DNA of 64,000 nucleotides, taken from positions 3,872,001-3,936,000 of the forward strand of contig OZ244561.1 of assembly GCA_965217585.1 (NCBI GenBank), read 5' to 3'. The stretch is from Candidatus Latescibacterota bacterium. Its GTDB lineage: Bacteria > Latescibacterota > UBA2968 > UBA8231. Numbering within the stretch: the first letter of the stretch is position 1; each line of letters opens with the position of its first letter. A program made the position numbers and the translations under genes. Positions 34,003 through 45,889 of the stretch are shown piece after piece. The notes beneath the pieces were generated by a model. The model did not search any database, was not told where the DNA came from, and saw only the letters and a program-made list of their open reading frames with translations.

Positions 34003-37000
34003 ATGCGCCCGATCCTCGCCGTCCTGATCCTCACCACGGCCGTCTGCGGCCAGGGATACCGCCTAACCGCAGACGCCATCCGCGTTGACCGCAGCGAGCA
34101 CTGGCGCGAGTGGATATTCCAAAACGACGTAGTGCGCACCCTCAACGAGCGGGCTGACTCCACCGGCCTGTTCTTGTTGTCGGACGACGGTGTGCAACCC
34201 CGACTCGTCGCGAAAGTGGCCAACGCCGCGCTCGCCGCCGGGCAGTTCCGTTACCTCGATGCCGTGCGCACTGACGGTGAGACCGTACGGGGAGGAGCCA
34301 CAGCGCTGAGCAACGACCGGATCGCGTCGCGGCTCATTGACGGCGACCTAGACACCTTCTGGGAGCCCGCTGCCGCGGACTTTTCCGCCGAAGGGCTGCG
34401 CAATTGGGAATTGCTAGTCGACCTCGGCCGTCTAGCCTTCATCGACAGCATCACGGTCTCCTTTCCCGCCGGGGACGCGCCCAAGGCTTTCTCGCTCCTC
34501 GTCTCCCTCGGAGAGCCATTTCCCTTTCCCGACGGCAATAGTCTCAGTTTCTCACTAGTGGCCGAGACCAAAGCGACGGACTTGGCCCCTCCCGGAGCCG
34601 ATGGCCTCGTGCGGCAGTCCTATCCTATAGAGCCTCTTTTGCGCGCCGACTTCAATCTGGACGGACAGCCAGATTTGCGAGGATCTTTTCTTCAGTACAT
34701 ACGCCTGAAGATTACCGAGTCCGATCTCGAACGCCACCGCTTCGTCGGCGAGGGGGACTCCGGCTTCGGCACCTATCAGGCGTTATCGCCTGAGCGGTGG
34801 GGCGCGGTGGTCCACCAGCGTCTGACGGCGGGGGGCTTTCTCATCGAGATCGACGAGGACACCTATTTCAACGACGTGCCCGAAGCGCAGCGGGGACCTA
34901 TCCGCTACTTCGAGCGCGAAGTGCCGCGCGTTGCCGAAATACAGGTCTGGACCAAGGGGGACAACCTAGCCCTCAACCCTCGACAGCGCGCCGGGGACTC
35001 CTACGAAATAGGCGGTCGGGGCACGCCCAATCAAGCCACCGATGGGCTCTACCAGACCGAGTGGACGGCTTGGGGCTACAATCCGACCATCGTTCGCGGC
35101 ACCATGTGGCTGGACCTAGGTGCAACCTTCTGGATCGATGGGCTCTACGTGGTGACGCGCCGTCAGCGCAACAACACGGCCTTCTCTGGTCATGGATTCC
35201 TCGTCTCCGACGGCACCCAAGTCAAACCCGTGCAACTGGCCACCGCCGAGGACTTCGACCAACTCGAAGAGGCGTTGCTGTGGCACGATATCATCAGCGA
35301 GGATAAGTTCGACAACCGCCAGGCTAGGGTGCTGATGTTCGGCGAGGAGTTCGCGCCGCGCAAGATTCGCTTTATGCAGGTCCGCAACCTCTTTGGCGGC
35401 GAAGGCGGCGACGGCGGCCGCCTCGCCGAAATGCAGCTCTACGGCGTCGGCTACCCAGTCGATATCTCGCTGCACTCGCCGCCGATCCGCCTCACCGATG
35501 CCCGCGGCAACTTCGTGCGCAAGACGCTGCCGCGGATCGCATGGAGCGCCGCTGCCGTCGTACGAGACGAAGACCCCCTCACCGGCCAAATCGTCGAGCG
35601 CATCGAGCCGTTGGATCAGCACCCCGAAATCCGCCTCGATATTCAGACCCGCACTTCCGACCATACCGATACCAACTTCACCTATTTTGAGGTAGTCGAG
35701 ATTGGCGGTACTGAAGAGCGAAGCGAAGTAAGCAGGGAAGCCTACGACGTCCTAGCGCTGCAATGGGCAGCGTGGGAGTACTGGCAGACCCTACCAGCCA
35801 GTCGACAGCACGTCTCGCGCGAAGACGACGACGCAGACGGTAGCACCGACGAGGATCCCATCGACTTCATCGACAACGACGGCGACGGTCTCATCGACGA
35901 GGACGGCCGCAAACTGCGCCGGGCACCGCGCTCTAGTTTTGCCAAAGACGGCGAACTGGCCTTTGTCGGCTGGAGCGAATGGAGCGAGAACTACCAGCCC
36001 ACGGACGGCCGCAGCGAAGCCACCATCACTTCGCCTAGCCCGCGCAAATTTGTCCAGATTCGCTTCAAGATCTCTTCTAAAGATCCGTTTAAGACGGCGA
36101 GAATTCGCTCGTTCCACATCGATCTGGCCCCGCCGCTGGCGCTGGAACTGGCCGGCGAACTGGCGCTTGTGAGTCCACAGGGCACGGCGCGGCCCATTGG
36201 CGACCTCGGTGCCGAGCCTGGGGACTACGGTCCGCCGCGGGGCATTAACCCGCTGGCCCCGCAGCGCTTTTCATATTTCGCACGCCTCGCCGCGCCCGAT
36301 CCCGACGACCCGACCGTTCGCGACGGCGTTAACGAGATATTGATCATCGCCCCCCAAGCGGCCGAGCCGCTGGGAGTGCGCATTGGCTGGGTCGAGGTCG
36401 AGCGGCAGGCCTCTGATTTCGACCCGGCGGTTTTCTCGACCCGCGTCCTCAAAACCCGCTTCGACCGAGTCTTTGCGCCCGATTCCGACGGCCGCTTACA
36501 GGACGCCGATGGCCGGACCATAGCGATTCTGCCGACCGGCCCCGACTCGCTTTATTTGCGCTTCCCCGCCTCGCTCAACGCCGATCTGCCCCTGGACGTC
36601 CACTCCCTAGTCGAGGTGCAATTCGCCTCGCGTGCCTTCCGCGAGGGGGCACTCTTTCCTGCCTTCGCCCGTTCTTCGACTGATCCTGCGGGCTTTTTCC
36701 AGCGCGTCGATGCGGAAGCGCAGGACGCCACAGAGCTAGTCGCCAGCGGCACGGCACGCGTCTCGTTGCAAACGGTCGGTCGCCGGTTAATAAACGATGT
36801 GCAGGTAGCCCGCGTTTTTACTCCGAACGGCGATGGGGTCAACGACCTGCTCCAGGGCCGTTTCGTGCTTTTGCGGATATTGGCAGAGCGGCGGCTGGAC
36901 ATCGCCTTCTACGATTTGGCAGGGACGTTGCGAGGACGCGCCGGAAGCGACCTAGGGCAGGCCGGTCAGTGGAATTTCGCTTGGGACGGCCGCGACGAGC

Positions 37001-37101
37001 ACGGACAGTTGGTGCCGCCGGGGATCTACCTGTGCCGGATCAAGATCGCGGCGGACCGGGGTGCCGAAGAGGCGCTCTTTCCGGTTCACGTGGCTTATTA
37101 A
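34003..37101 (+). CDS. Large secreted paralogue (discoidin-like domains, 2 acidic repeats, FTPNGDG/FlgD-Ig C-terminus)
   Basis: Signal peptide; IDGDLDTFW..VDLG, LDLGATFWID, WSEWS, SPSPRKFVQ, VFTPNGDGVND, WDGRD..PPGIYL, ends VAY. Confidence 0.8.
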   Translation: MRPILAVLILTTAVCGQGYRLTADAIRVDRSEHWREWIFQNDVVRTLNERADSTGLFLLSDDGVQPRLVAKVANAALAAGQFRYLDAVRTDGETVRGGATALSNDRIASRLIDGDLDTFWEPAAADFSAEGLRNWELLVDLGRLAFIDSITVSFPAGDAPKAFSLLVSLGEPFPFPDGNSLSFSLVAETKATDLAPPGADGLVRQSYPIEPLLRADFNLDGQPDLRGSFLQYIRLKITESDLERHRFVGEGDSGFGTYQALSPERWGAVVHQRLTAGGFLIEIDEDTYFNDVPEAQRGPIRYFEREVPRVAEIQVWTKGDNLALNPRQRAGDSYEIGGRGTPNQATDGLYQTEWTAWGYNPTIVRGTMWLDLGATFWIDGLYVVTRRQRNNTAFSGHGFLVSDGTQVKPVQLATAEDFDQLEEALLWHDIISEDKFDNRQARVLMFGEEFAPRKIRFMQVRNLFGGEGGDGGRLAEMQLYGVGYPVDISLHSPPIRLTDARGNFVRKTLPRIAWSAAAVVRDEDPLTGQIVERIEPLDQHPEIRLDIQTRTSDHTDTNFTYFEVVEIGGTEERSEVSREAYDVLALQWAAWEYWQTLPASRQHVSREDDDADGSTDEDPIDFIDNDGDGLIDEDGRKLRRAPRSSFAKDGELAFVGWSEWSENYQPTDGRSEATITSPSPRKFVQIRFKISSKDPFKTARIRSFHIDLAPPLALELAGELALVSPQGTARPIGDLGAEPGDYGPPRGINPLAPQRFSYFARLAAPDPDDPTVRDGVNEILIIAPQAAEPLGVRIGWVEVERQASDFDPAVFSTRVLKTRFDRVFAPDSDGRLQDADGRTIAILPTGPDSLYLRFPASLNADLPLDVHSLVEVQFASRAFREGALFPAFARSSTDPAGFFQRVDAEAQDATELVASGTARVSLQTVGRRLINDVQVARVFTPNGDGVNDLLQGRFVLLRILAERRLDIAFYDLAGTLRGRAGSDLGQAGQWNFAWDGRDEHGQLVPPGIYLCRIKIAADRGAEEALFPVHVAY

Positions 37102-37131
37102 CCGAGCAATGTCGCGGCGATTTCGCTCGTC

Positions 37132-37611
37132 TTACCCTTCTTCCCGCACCCAAGTTCCGCTCCGCCCTCCCCGCTTCTCCATTAGCCGCAATTCGGAAAT
37201 CACCATCCCCCGATCGACGCCCTTGCACATGTCGTAAATGGTCAAAAGCGCCGTGCTCGCCGCCACTAGCGCCTCCATTTCCACGCCCGTGCGATCGTCA
37301 ATTTTGGCCTCTGCCTCGACCTCGACCCGATCCTCGCCGATGTGCAAATCTACGCTGACCGCAGTGAGGTTGAGCGGGTGGCACAAGGGAATTAACTCCC
37401 CCGTCCGTTTGGCGGCCATGATCCCGGCCAGCCGCGCCGCTTCCAAGACGTTGCCCTTGGCGACTTTATTCTCAGCGATCAGCCGCGCCGTCGCGCGGTC
37501 CATGCGGATCTCGCCGCGCACCCGCGCCAGCCGCGCCGTCGGCTCCTTGCCGCCTATATCGACCATTTTGAGGCGGCCCTGCTCGTCGAGGTGGGTCAGC
37601 GCGTCGGCCAC
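37132..37611 (-). CDS. moaC: Cyclic pyranopterin monophosphate synthase
   Basis: LTHLD..MVDI..K, AGIMAAKRT..LIPLCHPL, TGVEMEAL, IYDMCK, KRGGRSG; GTG start overlaps the icd stop. Confidence 0.97.
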   Translation of the reverse strand: MADALTHLDEQGRLKMVDIGGKEPTARLARVRGEIRMDRATARLIAENKVAKGNVLEAARLAGIMAAKRTGELIPLCHPLNLTAVSVDLHIGEDRVEVEAEAKIDDRTGVEMEALVAASTALLTIYDMCKGVDRGMVISELRLMEKRGGRSGTWVREEG

Positions 37612-38864
37612 TACATGTTCTCGATAATTGCTGCGCCGAACTCCGAGCACTTGACCTCGGTCGGCTCGTCCATTAATCGCGCAAAGTCGTAGGTGACGAC
37701 CCGGTTCGCAATCGCCTGCTCTAGCCCCTTGACGATCAGGTCGGCCGCCTCGGTCCAGCCTAAGTGGCGGAGCATCATGTCGCCCGACAGGATCACCGAA
37801 CCGGGGTTGACCTTGTCTTGGCCGGCGTATTTGGGAGCGGTGCCGTGGGTGGCCTCAAAGATGGCGTGGCCAGTGGTGTAGTTGATGTTGCCGCCTGGCG
37901 CGATGCCGATGCCGCCGACGCAGGCGGCCAGCGCGTCGCTGATGTAATCGCCGTTGAGGTTCATCGTGGCGATGACCGAGTACTCGGCCGGGCGCGTGAG
38001 GATCTGCTGTAAAAAGGCGTCGGCGATCACGTCCTTGACGGTGATCTGGGTACCGTCAACGACGATGCTAGTCCAAGGGCCGCCGTCGATCTCTGCGCCG
38101 CCATAAGCCTTTTGCGCCACCTCGTAGCCCCAGTCGCGGAAGGCCCCTTCGGTGAACTTCATGATGTTGCCTTTGTGTACCAAGGTGACGCTATCGCGGC
38201 CTTGGGCGGCGGCGTAGTCAATGGCGGCGTGGACCAGACGCTCAGTACCCTCCTGTGAGATCGGCTTGACGCCCAAGCCAGCGGTATCTGGAAAGCGAAT
38301 CTTGCCGTAGCGATCGGCAAAGTGCTCTGCAAGCAGAGCCTTAAAGCGCGCGTTGTCGTCCGTGCCTTCCTCGAACTCGATCCCGGCGTAGATATCTTCG
38401 GTGTTTTCGCGGAAGATGACCATATCCACCAGTTCTGGTTGCCGCACCGGCGAGGGCACGCCGCTGAAGTAGCGCACGGGGCGCAGACACACATAGAGGT
38501 CGAGTATCTGGCGCAAAGCCACGTTGAGGCTGCGGATCCCGCCGCCGACCGGCGTCGTCAGCGGCCCTTTGATGCCGACCAGATAGGTATTGAAGGCCTC
38601 CACCGTGGCGTCGGGCAGCCAGCTAGCGGTCTGCTCGAATGCCTTCCCACCGGCCAAGACCTCCATCCAGGCGATCCTCCGCTGACCGCCAGAAGCCTTT
38701 TCGACGGCTGCGTCGAAAACGCGCACGGCCGCCGCCCAGATATCCGGCCCAGTGCCGTCGCCTTCGATAAAGGGGATGATGGGCTGGTCTGGAACGCTGA
38801 GCGCGCCATCCACTAAGGTTATTTTTTCGCCGTTTGCGGGGGCCTTGGGCTGCCAATCGGCCAT
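37611..38864 (-). CDS. icd: NADP-dependent isocitrate dehydrogenase
   Basis: [72 protein letters not shown]. Confidence 0.99.
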   Translation of the reverse strand: MADWQPKAPANGEKITLVDGALSVPDQPIIPFIEGDGTGPDIWAAAVRVFDAAVEKASGGQRRIAWMEVLAGGKAFEQTASWLPDATVEAFNTYLVGIKGPLTTPVGGGIRSLNVALRQILDLYVCLRPVRYFSGVPSPVRQPELVDMVIFRENTEDIYAGIEFEEGTDDNARFKALLAEHFADRYGKIRFPDTAGLGVKPISQEGTERLVHAAIDYAAAQGRDSVTLVHKGNIMKFTEGAFRDWGYEVAQKAYGGAEIDGGPWTSIVVDGTQITVKDVIADAFLQQILTRPAEYSVIATMNLNGDYISDALAACVGGIGIAPGGNINYTTGHAIFEATHGTAPKYAGQDKVNPGSVILSGDMMLRHLGWTEAADLIVKGLEQAIANRVVTYDFARLMDEPTEVKCSEFGAAIIENM

Positions 38865-38963
38865 AGGATAAAACTCCTCGTGTCTTTTATTTGTGTAAGG
38901 AATAATCGGCCCGATTCGACCGCTGTGGCTGCGCTCGGGGCCTGCCTGTTGTGGCTTTTGAAT

Positions 38964-39641
38964 CTAAGGATTTCGCTCGAGACGGCCAATGCAAGACGCC
39001 AAGGCACTGCGCTCGACCTCGACCAGCTCGCAGGCGAATACATCGGCGTAGGCGCGTAGCAGTTCAGACTCGACTTCGCTCCGATCCAACGCGCGCCCCA
39101 AGAGCGCGGCCATCGTAGTTATCTCCTCGCTCCCCAAGCCGCAGGGCTTGATCGCCGCAAAGTAGCGCAAGTCGGTAGCCACATTCAGGGCCAGACCGTG
39201 CGCCGTGATCCAGTGCCGCACATGGACGCCGATCGACGCTACCTTGGACGAGCCGACCCAAGCGCCCGTCAAGCCGCGCCGAGCCTCTCCCTCCAAGCCA
39301 TAGGCACCCAAGGTGCGGATCAGCACAGTCTCCAAATCGCGCAAGTACTGATGTACATCCCGACCGCGCTGACGCAGATCGACGATCGGATAGCCCACGA
39401 TCTGGCCCGGCCCGTGAAACGTCACGCTGCCCCCGCGATCAATCGCGACCACATCTAGCCCTTGGGTTAGGAGATGCTCGGGCAGCGTCGCTCGTCCGCC
39501 GGTATAGGTTGGCGGGTGTTCGACCAGCATCAGCGTATCCGGAATTTGCTCGGCTCGCCGCAATTGGCGCAGCGCCTCTTGCCAAGCCCAAGCCCGAGCG
39601 AATTCGATCCGCCCGACACGGCAAACGCGCGTTTCATTCAT
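38964..39641 (-). CDS. lipB: Lipoyl(octanoyl) transferase
   Basis: EHPPTYT, DRGGSVTFHGPGQIVGYP, KVASIG, HGLALN, PCGL. Confidence 0.96.
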   Translation of the reverse strand: MNETRVCRVGRIEFARAWAWQEALRQLRRAEQIPDTLMLVEHPPTYTGGRATLPEHLLTQGLDVVAIDRGGSVTFHGPGQIVGYPIVDLRQRGRDVHQYLRDLETVLIRTLGAYGLEGEARRGLTGAWVGSSKVASIGVHVRHWITAHGLALNVATDLRYFAAIKPCGLGSEEITTMAALLGRALDRSEVESELLRAYADVFACELVEVERSALASCIGRLERNP

Positions 39642-39816
39642 GGGTGGTTTCTTTTTTCGCAGAACGCCGACTAGGGAATGGCCCGGAGTCATAAAGCCAC
39701 TTCCCCCATCGTCCTTCACAATATACTTTCTTCGCAAAGGAACCGCTCATGCTCGTCAGATAACTGCTGGATTCCTTTCGTTAGACCGGTTCCTGAGAAA
39801 TAGGAAGACTTCGACC

Positions 39817-40620
39817 ATGGAAAACGACGCCTATCCCGAGTTGACTGATCTCAACATCCGGTTGCAGGAGCTGGAGAGCCAAGGGTACACCGTGTTCCCC
39901 GATTATCTCGACCATGACACTACAGCCGCAGTGCGCGCCCATATCGACAGCCTCGTCGGACCCATTGTGTCCGCCGATCACAACACCGCTAGGCACGGTC
40001 TGCGGCATCCCATTCCAGGGGCGATCATGTCCCGCTTAGTGAACAATCCCGCGACCCTTGAACTCGCTGCAACATTGATCGGGTCGCGGGAGCTTCGCAT
40101 GCGCGAACAAGTTTTCATCCGCAGCGATCCTTCGCCGCCGCCATACCAAGCTCCGCAATGGCACATCGATGCGGCCTTTTGCCGCGCAGAGTTTGCAGCT
40201 AAGCCGCGACAGGTCTATTACCAGATGCTGCATTACTGCAGTACGGTTTCTGCCGGAGGGGCTGCGTTTATGATCGTGCCCGGCTCACACAAGTTGTCTC
40301 TCGCAGCCAGCGATAAAGCAGAGCAGGAGCAGGGACGGCAACCCATTCCCAGTCACACCGCCTCAGTCCCCGACGCAAATGACGACGACGGCATCGAAAT
40401 TTGCGCCAACGATGGCGATCTCATCGTCTTCAATCCCCTGTGTTATCACTCCAGTTCTCCCAACCGAACGGATCAGCCCCGCTTCGTATATTTTACTTCG
40501 TTTTATCACCCCTCAGCGGCTCGCTTAGTGGAACTAGTGCGCAGGACCAAGTATCGCGATAACTTTCCCGACTCACTGCGCCAAGGCTTGCCACCCGAAC
40601 TTCAGAGCTTGCTCGATTAG
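39817..40620 (+). CDS. PhyH-family Fe(II)/2OG dioxygenase (canonical HxD)
   Basis: LESQGY, WHIDA, IVPGSHK, GDLIVFNPLCYHSSSPN..PR. Confidence 0.88.
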   Translation: MENDAYPELTDLNIRLQELESQGYTVFPDYLDHDTTAAVRAHIDSLVGPIVSADHNTARHGLRHPIPGAIMSRLVNNPATLELAATLIGSRELRMREQVFIRSDPSPPPYQAPQWHIDAAFCRAEFAAKPRQVYYQMLHYCSTVSAGGAAFMIVPGSHKLSLAASDKAEQEQGRQPIPSHTASVPDANDDDGIEICANDGDLIVFNPLCYHSSSPNRTDQPRFVYFTSFYHPSAARLVELVRRTKYRDNFPDSLRQGLPPELQSLLD

Positions 40621-40678
40621 TATTCAATACGCCACCTGCACGACTCCTTTGGGTGTGGACAACAAGGAGCTAGAAGCT

Positions 40679-43600
40679 ATGAGCGCATGGAGCCGGCAAG
40701 TTGTGAAATTGGTGACCGGAGGTCTCCTCGGGCTGGTGTTGTTGAGCGGGCGGAGTGGGGCGATAGCATCCGAGCCGCAGCTTGAGGGCTGGGTGCGGCT
40801 GGCCTCCGGGCAGCCGGCGGCCGGAGTGCAGGTGCGGCTTTTCAATCTGACCGATCCGCGCCGCTCGGTCGGCACCATTTCGGATGAGGAAGGGTACTTC
40901 GCGCTAGCCGCTCCCCGCTCAGCCAATGCTCGCCCTCAAGGCTTCGCGCTGCTACAGAACTATCCCAATCCGTTCAATCCTTCCACAATTATTCCCTACC
41001 AACTACCGGCACCGACTCACGTGCGGCTGGAGGTCTTCAATGTGCTTGGGCAACACGTCGCCACTTTGATAGATCGGGAACAAGTAGCCGGCTGGCACAC
41101 GGCGACTTGGCACGGTACAGATGCAGCCGGTCGCGCTATGGCAGCGGGGCTTTATCTCTATCGCATCCGTGGGACCGGGCCTAGTGAAACCCGGCGGATG
41201 GTGCTCGTCGATGGACCGGTCAATGCTCCGAGAGCGGCGGTCGCCGCCGAGCCTCCGACGAGATCGGCGGCACCCGAGCCGACCTACGGGCTGACCGTCT
41301 CGGGCCGCGATGTGGTCACCCATGTGGACCCGGACTTCCGGGCCGGCGTCGGACCGGTGGAGATCGTGGTCGAAGCACAGACCAGCGCCACCGGACTGGC
41401 CGCGATGAAGGTGACCACAAAGGACAGGATCTGGGGCGACGTAGATGCCAATGGCCAAGTTGACATTTTTGACGCGCTTCTAGTGGGGTTGTACAGCCTT
41501 GATCCCTCAATTTCCATCCCCAACGATGGCGATATCTCTCTAGGCGATGTGAACCGCGACGGCCTCATAGACATCACTGATGCTTACCTCATCGCCACCT
41601 ATAGCGTCAATCCGACCGACCCCTCGTTGCCGGCGGGGATCGGCACCCCGGTGGTCGTTGTCGCCGAGGGCAAGATGTACTGGGTGGACGCGAGTCGGAT
41701 TGGGGCTAAAATTCAGCGGGCAAACCTCGACGGATCACAAATCGAAACCCTCGTCTCCACCGGGTTGCAGGAGCCGACAGACCTAGCCTTGGATCTAGTC
41801 GGAGACAAGATGTACTGGGTGGATCAGGGTACGGGTAAGATTCAGCGGGCAAACCTCGACGGATCACAAATCGAAACCCTCCTCGCCGAGCGATTCGATA
41901 TACGGAGCTTGGTCCTAGACGTCGCCGGGGGTAAGATGTATTGGATAGACGCGGTCATCGGGGGGCCTAAAATTCAGCGGGCTAATCTCGACGGATCACA
42001 AATCGAAACCCTTCTCGCCGCTGGATTGCGCACTCCACGAGCTCTGGCTATAGACGTCGCCGGGGGTAAGATGTATTGGATAGACGCGGTCATCGGGGGG
42101 CCTAAAATTCAGCGGGCAAACCTCGACGGATCACAAGCCGAAGCCTTCGTCGTCTCCGGATTGGATAGTCCAGAGAGCTTGGTCCTGGACCTTGCCAAGA
42201 GCAAGATGTACTGGACGGATTCATTCACGAATAAGATTCAGCGAGCCAACCTCGATGGATCACAAATCGAAGACCTCGTCTCCACTGGACTAGACGCTCC
42301 AAGCGGCCTAGCGCTGGATGTCGTTGGGGGTAAGATATATTGGACTGATGTGGTAAAGGACAAGATTCAGCGAGCCAACCTCGACGGATCACAAATCGAA
42401 GACCTCGTCTCCACTGGACTGCGAGTTCCATGGGATCTAGCTCTGGAGTTGGCCTACATGCCCTCCGAAGTCAGTGTGAATCGTCCGCCGGTATTGGACG
42501 GCATCCGCAAGCAGAGTGTTGCAGAGGGAGACCTCCTTCGCATCGACTTAGTCGCCCGCGACCCAGAGGGGGCTGAGGTCACCTATGAGGCGCAGTCCAA
42601 CGCTCCCGGCGTGGCGACGGTGAGCGTGTCCGGTCGCCAGATGACGATCACCCCAGTAGAGCTTGGCGTTGCCACGGTAGCGGTGATGGCGAGCGATGCT
42701 AGCGGCGCGACCACCACGCAGACCTTTACGGTGAAAGTGACGGCACCCGCACCCGAGAGCCGGGGTAAAATGTATTGGACTGATGTGGGCACGAACAAGA
42801 TTCAGCGCGCTAACCTCGACGGTTCCCAAATCGAAGACCTCGTCACAGCCGGATTGGATTTTCCAAGCGGCCTCGCGCTGGATGCCGCTAGGGGTAAGAT
42901 GTACTGGATAGACACGGGCACGAACAAGATTCAGCGCGCTAACCTCGACGGTTCCCAAATCGAAGACCTCCTCTCCACCGAATTGAACTTTCGACAGGCT
43001 CTGGCTCTCGACCTGGACGGCGGCAAGATGTACTGGACGGACGAGTGGACCACAAGAAAGATTCAGCGCGCTAACCTCGACGGATCACAAGTCGAAGACC
43101 TCCTCTCCGATAGGAGTAATCCGGCGGGTCTTGCTCTCGACTTGGCTACAGGCAAGATGTACTGGACGGACACCGGTCGCTCTCGCATAGTGCGGACCAA
43201 CCTCGACGGTTCCCAAATCGAAGACCTCGTCACCCGATCATTGAACATTCCACAAGCCCTAGCCCTCGATTTGGCGAGAGGCAAGATGTACTGGATGGAT
43301 CCAGGCACGATAAGGATTCAGCGCGCTAACCTCGACGGATCGCAGGTCGAAGACCTCGTCGTCACCGGATTGGATTATCCAGATGGCCTAGCCCTCGATT
43401 TGGCTGGGAGTAAGATGTACTGGACAGACGCGGGCACAAACAAAATTCAGCGCGCCAACCTCGACGGGACTCGAATCGAAGACCTCGTCATCGGCTTGAG
43501 CGATCCAGTGGGCTTGGCCTTAGACATCCTCACCCCAGATCTGGTAGCCGCGTCGCCTTCGGCGAACCCGCCCAACCCGGCCCCAAGTCAATCCTTCACC

Positions 43601-43885
43601 TTGTCGGTCGCGATCCACAACCGAGGTAACGCACCGGCACCACCGACAACGGTGCGCTACTATCTCTCTACCGACTCGACGATCACCAACGACGACACCG
43701 AGGTGGGTACGGGCACGGTGAGCGGATTGGCCGCCCCAAGCACCATTTTCAAATTGATCCGGCTGACAGCACCGCCGAGTCCAGGGACCTACTACTACGG
43801 TGCCTGTGTACAGCCCGTCAGCGGCGAAAGCGATACTCAGAACAACTGCTCTTCAGCTAGCGAGGTCGTTGTAATTTCTCGATGA
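40679..43885 (+). CDS. Secreted multidomain protein: T9SS-A/FlgD-like domain, dockerin, 2 x six-bladed YWTD (LDL-receptor class B) propellers, cadherin-like and CARDB domains
   Basis: Signal peptide; LLQNYPNPFNPST..GLYLYRI; GDVDANGQVDIFD/GDVNRDGLIDITD; 12 KMYWxD..KIQRANLDGSQIE repeats; NRPPVL..DPEG; PDLV..NRG..YYLSTD..YYYGACV; AGGAG SD. Confidence 0.88.
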   Translation: MSAWSRQVVKLVTGGLLGLVLLSGRSGAIASEPQLEGWVRLASGQPAAGVQVRLFNLTDPRRSVGTISDEEGYFALAAPRSANARPQGFALLQNYPNPFNPSTIIPYQLPAPTHVRLEVFNVLGQHVATLIDREQVAGWHTATWHGTDAAGRAMAAGLYLYRIRGTGPSETRRMVLVDGPVNAPRAAVAAEPPTRSAAPEPTYGLTVSGRDVVTHVDPDFRAGVGPVEIVVEAQTSATGLAAMKVTTKDRIWGDVDANGQVDIFDALLVGLYSLDPSISIPNDGDISLGDVNRDGLIDITDAYLIATYSVNPTDPSLPAGIGTPVVVVAEGKMYWVDASRIGAKIQRANLDGSQIETLVSTGLQEPTDLALDLVGDKMYWVDQGTGKIQRANLDGSQIETLLAERFDIRSLVLDVAGGKMYWIDAVIGGPKIQRANLDGSQIETLLAAGLRTPRALAIDVAGGKMYWIDAVIGGPKIQRANLDGSQAEAFVVSGLDSPESLVLDLAKSKMYWTDSFTNKIQRANLDGSQIEDLVSTGLDAPSGLALDVVGGKIYWTDVVKDKIQRANLDGSQIEDLVSTGLRVPWDLALELAYMPSEVSVNRPPVLDGIRKQSVAEGDLLRIDLVARDPEGAEVTYEAQSNAPGVATVSVSGRQMTITPVELGVATVAVMASDASGATTTQTFTVKVTAPAPESRGKMYWTDVGTNKIQRANLDGSQIEDLVTAGLDFPSGLALDAARGKMYWIDTGTNKIQRANLDGSQIEDLLSTELNFRQALALDLDGGKMYWTDEWTTRKIQRANLDGSQVEDLLSDRSNPAGLALDLATGKMYWTDTGRSRIVRTNLDGSQIEDLVTRSLNIPQALALDLARGKMYWMDPGTIRIQRANLDGSQVEDLVVTGLDYPDGLALDLAGSKMYWTDAGTNKIQRANLDGTRIEDLVIGLSDPVGLALDILTPDLVAASPSANPPNPAPSQSFTLSVAIHNRGNAPAPPTTVRYYLSTDSTITNDDTEVGTGTVSGLAAPSTIFKLIRLTAPPSPGTYYYGACVQPVSGESDTQNNCSSASEVVVISR
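41670..43525 (+). repeat. YWTD repeat arrays (2 x 6 units of ~43-45 aa)
   Basis: Recurrent aagatgtactgg...attcagcg.gc.aacctcgacgg.tc.caaatcgaa; 67-nt perfect duplicate at 41916-41982 and 42051-42117. Confidence 0.9.
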
Positions 43886-44038
43886 CCATGGCGACACCCG
43901 CTTTGGCTACTGGACATCTATCGACCGGCGATACGGATCACTTCCGCCCTCAATAGACCACCCCATCCTGCCGATCCTCATCCGTACGTTCGGCCAAACG
44001 TGCGTCTCACTCATGCACGAGCTAGACAGAGGTTATTC

Positions 44039-44067
44039 TTGCACAAAAATGATGCGATTTTTATATT
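44039..44067 (+). promoter_or_regulatory. Sigma70 promoter of groEL
   Basis: TTGCAC-17 bp-TATATT. Confidence 0.7.
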
Positions 44068-44087
44068 CTACTGCTCAGCTTTGTTTT

Positions 44088-44114
44088 TTAGCACTCTCTT
44101 TTTTTGAGTGCCAG
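44088..44114 (+). promoter_or_regulatory. CIRCE element (HrcA operator)
   Basis: TTAGCACTC-N9-GAGTGCCAG versus consensus TTAGCACTC-N9-GAGTGCTAA, upstream of groEL. Confidence 0.93.
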
Positions 44115-44125
44115 CTTTTTTGTAA

Positions 44126-45820
<1,695 letters not shown>

Positions 45821-45839
45821 CCCATTCTCTCGCAAATAG

Positions 45840-45879
45840 AAAAGGCTCGCTGCTTCTTTGGCAGCGAGCCTTTTTTTTT
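45840..45879. terminator. Bidirectional intrinsic terminator
   Basis: aaaaggctcgctgc-ttctttg-gcagcgagcc-T9 between convergent genes. Confidence 0.92.
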
Positions 45880-45889
45880 CTACCCCTTC

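Noticed and set aside
41670-43525. Near-identical repeats suggesting a DGR template/variable pair or CRISPR
   Set aside because: Explained by YWTD blades; differences are not adenine-specific and no reverse transcriptase is in the window
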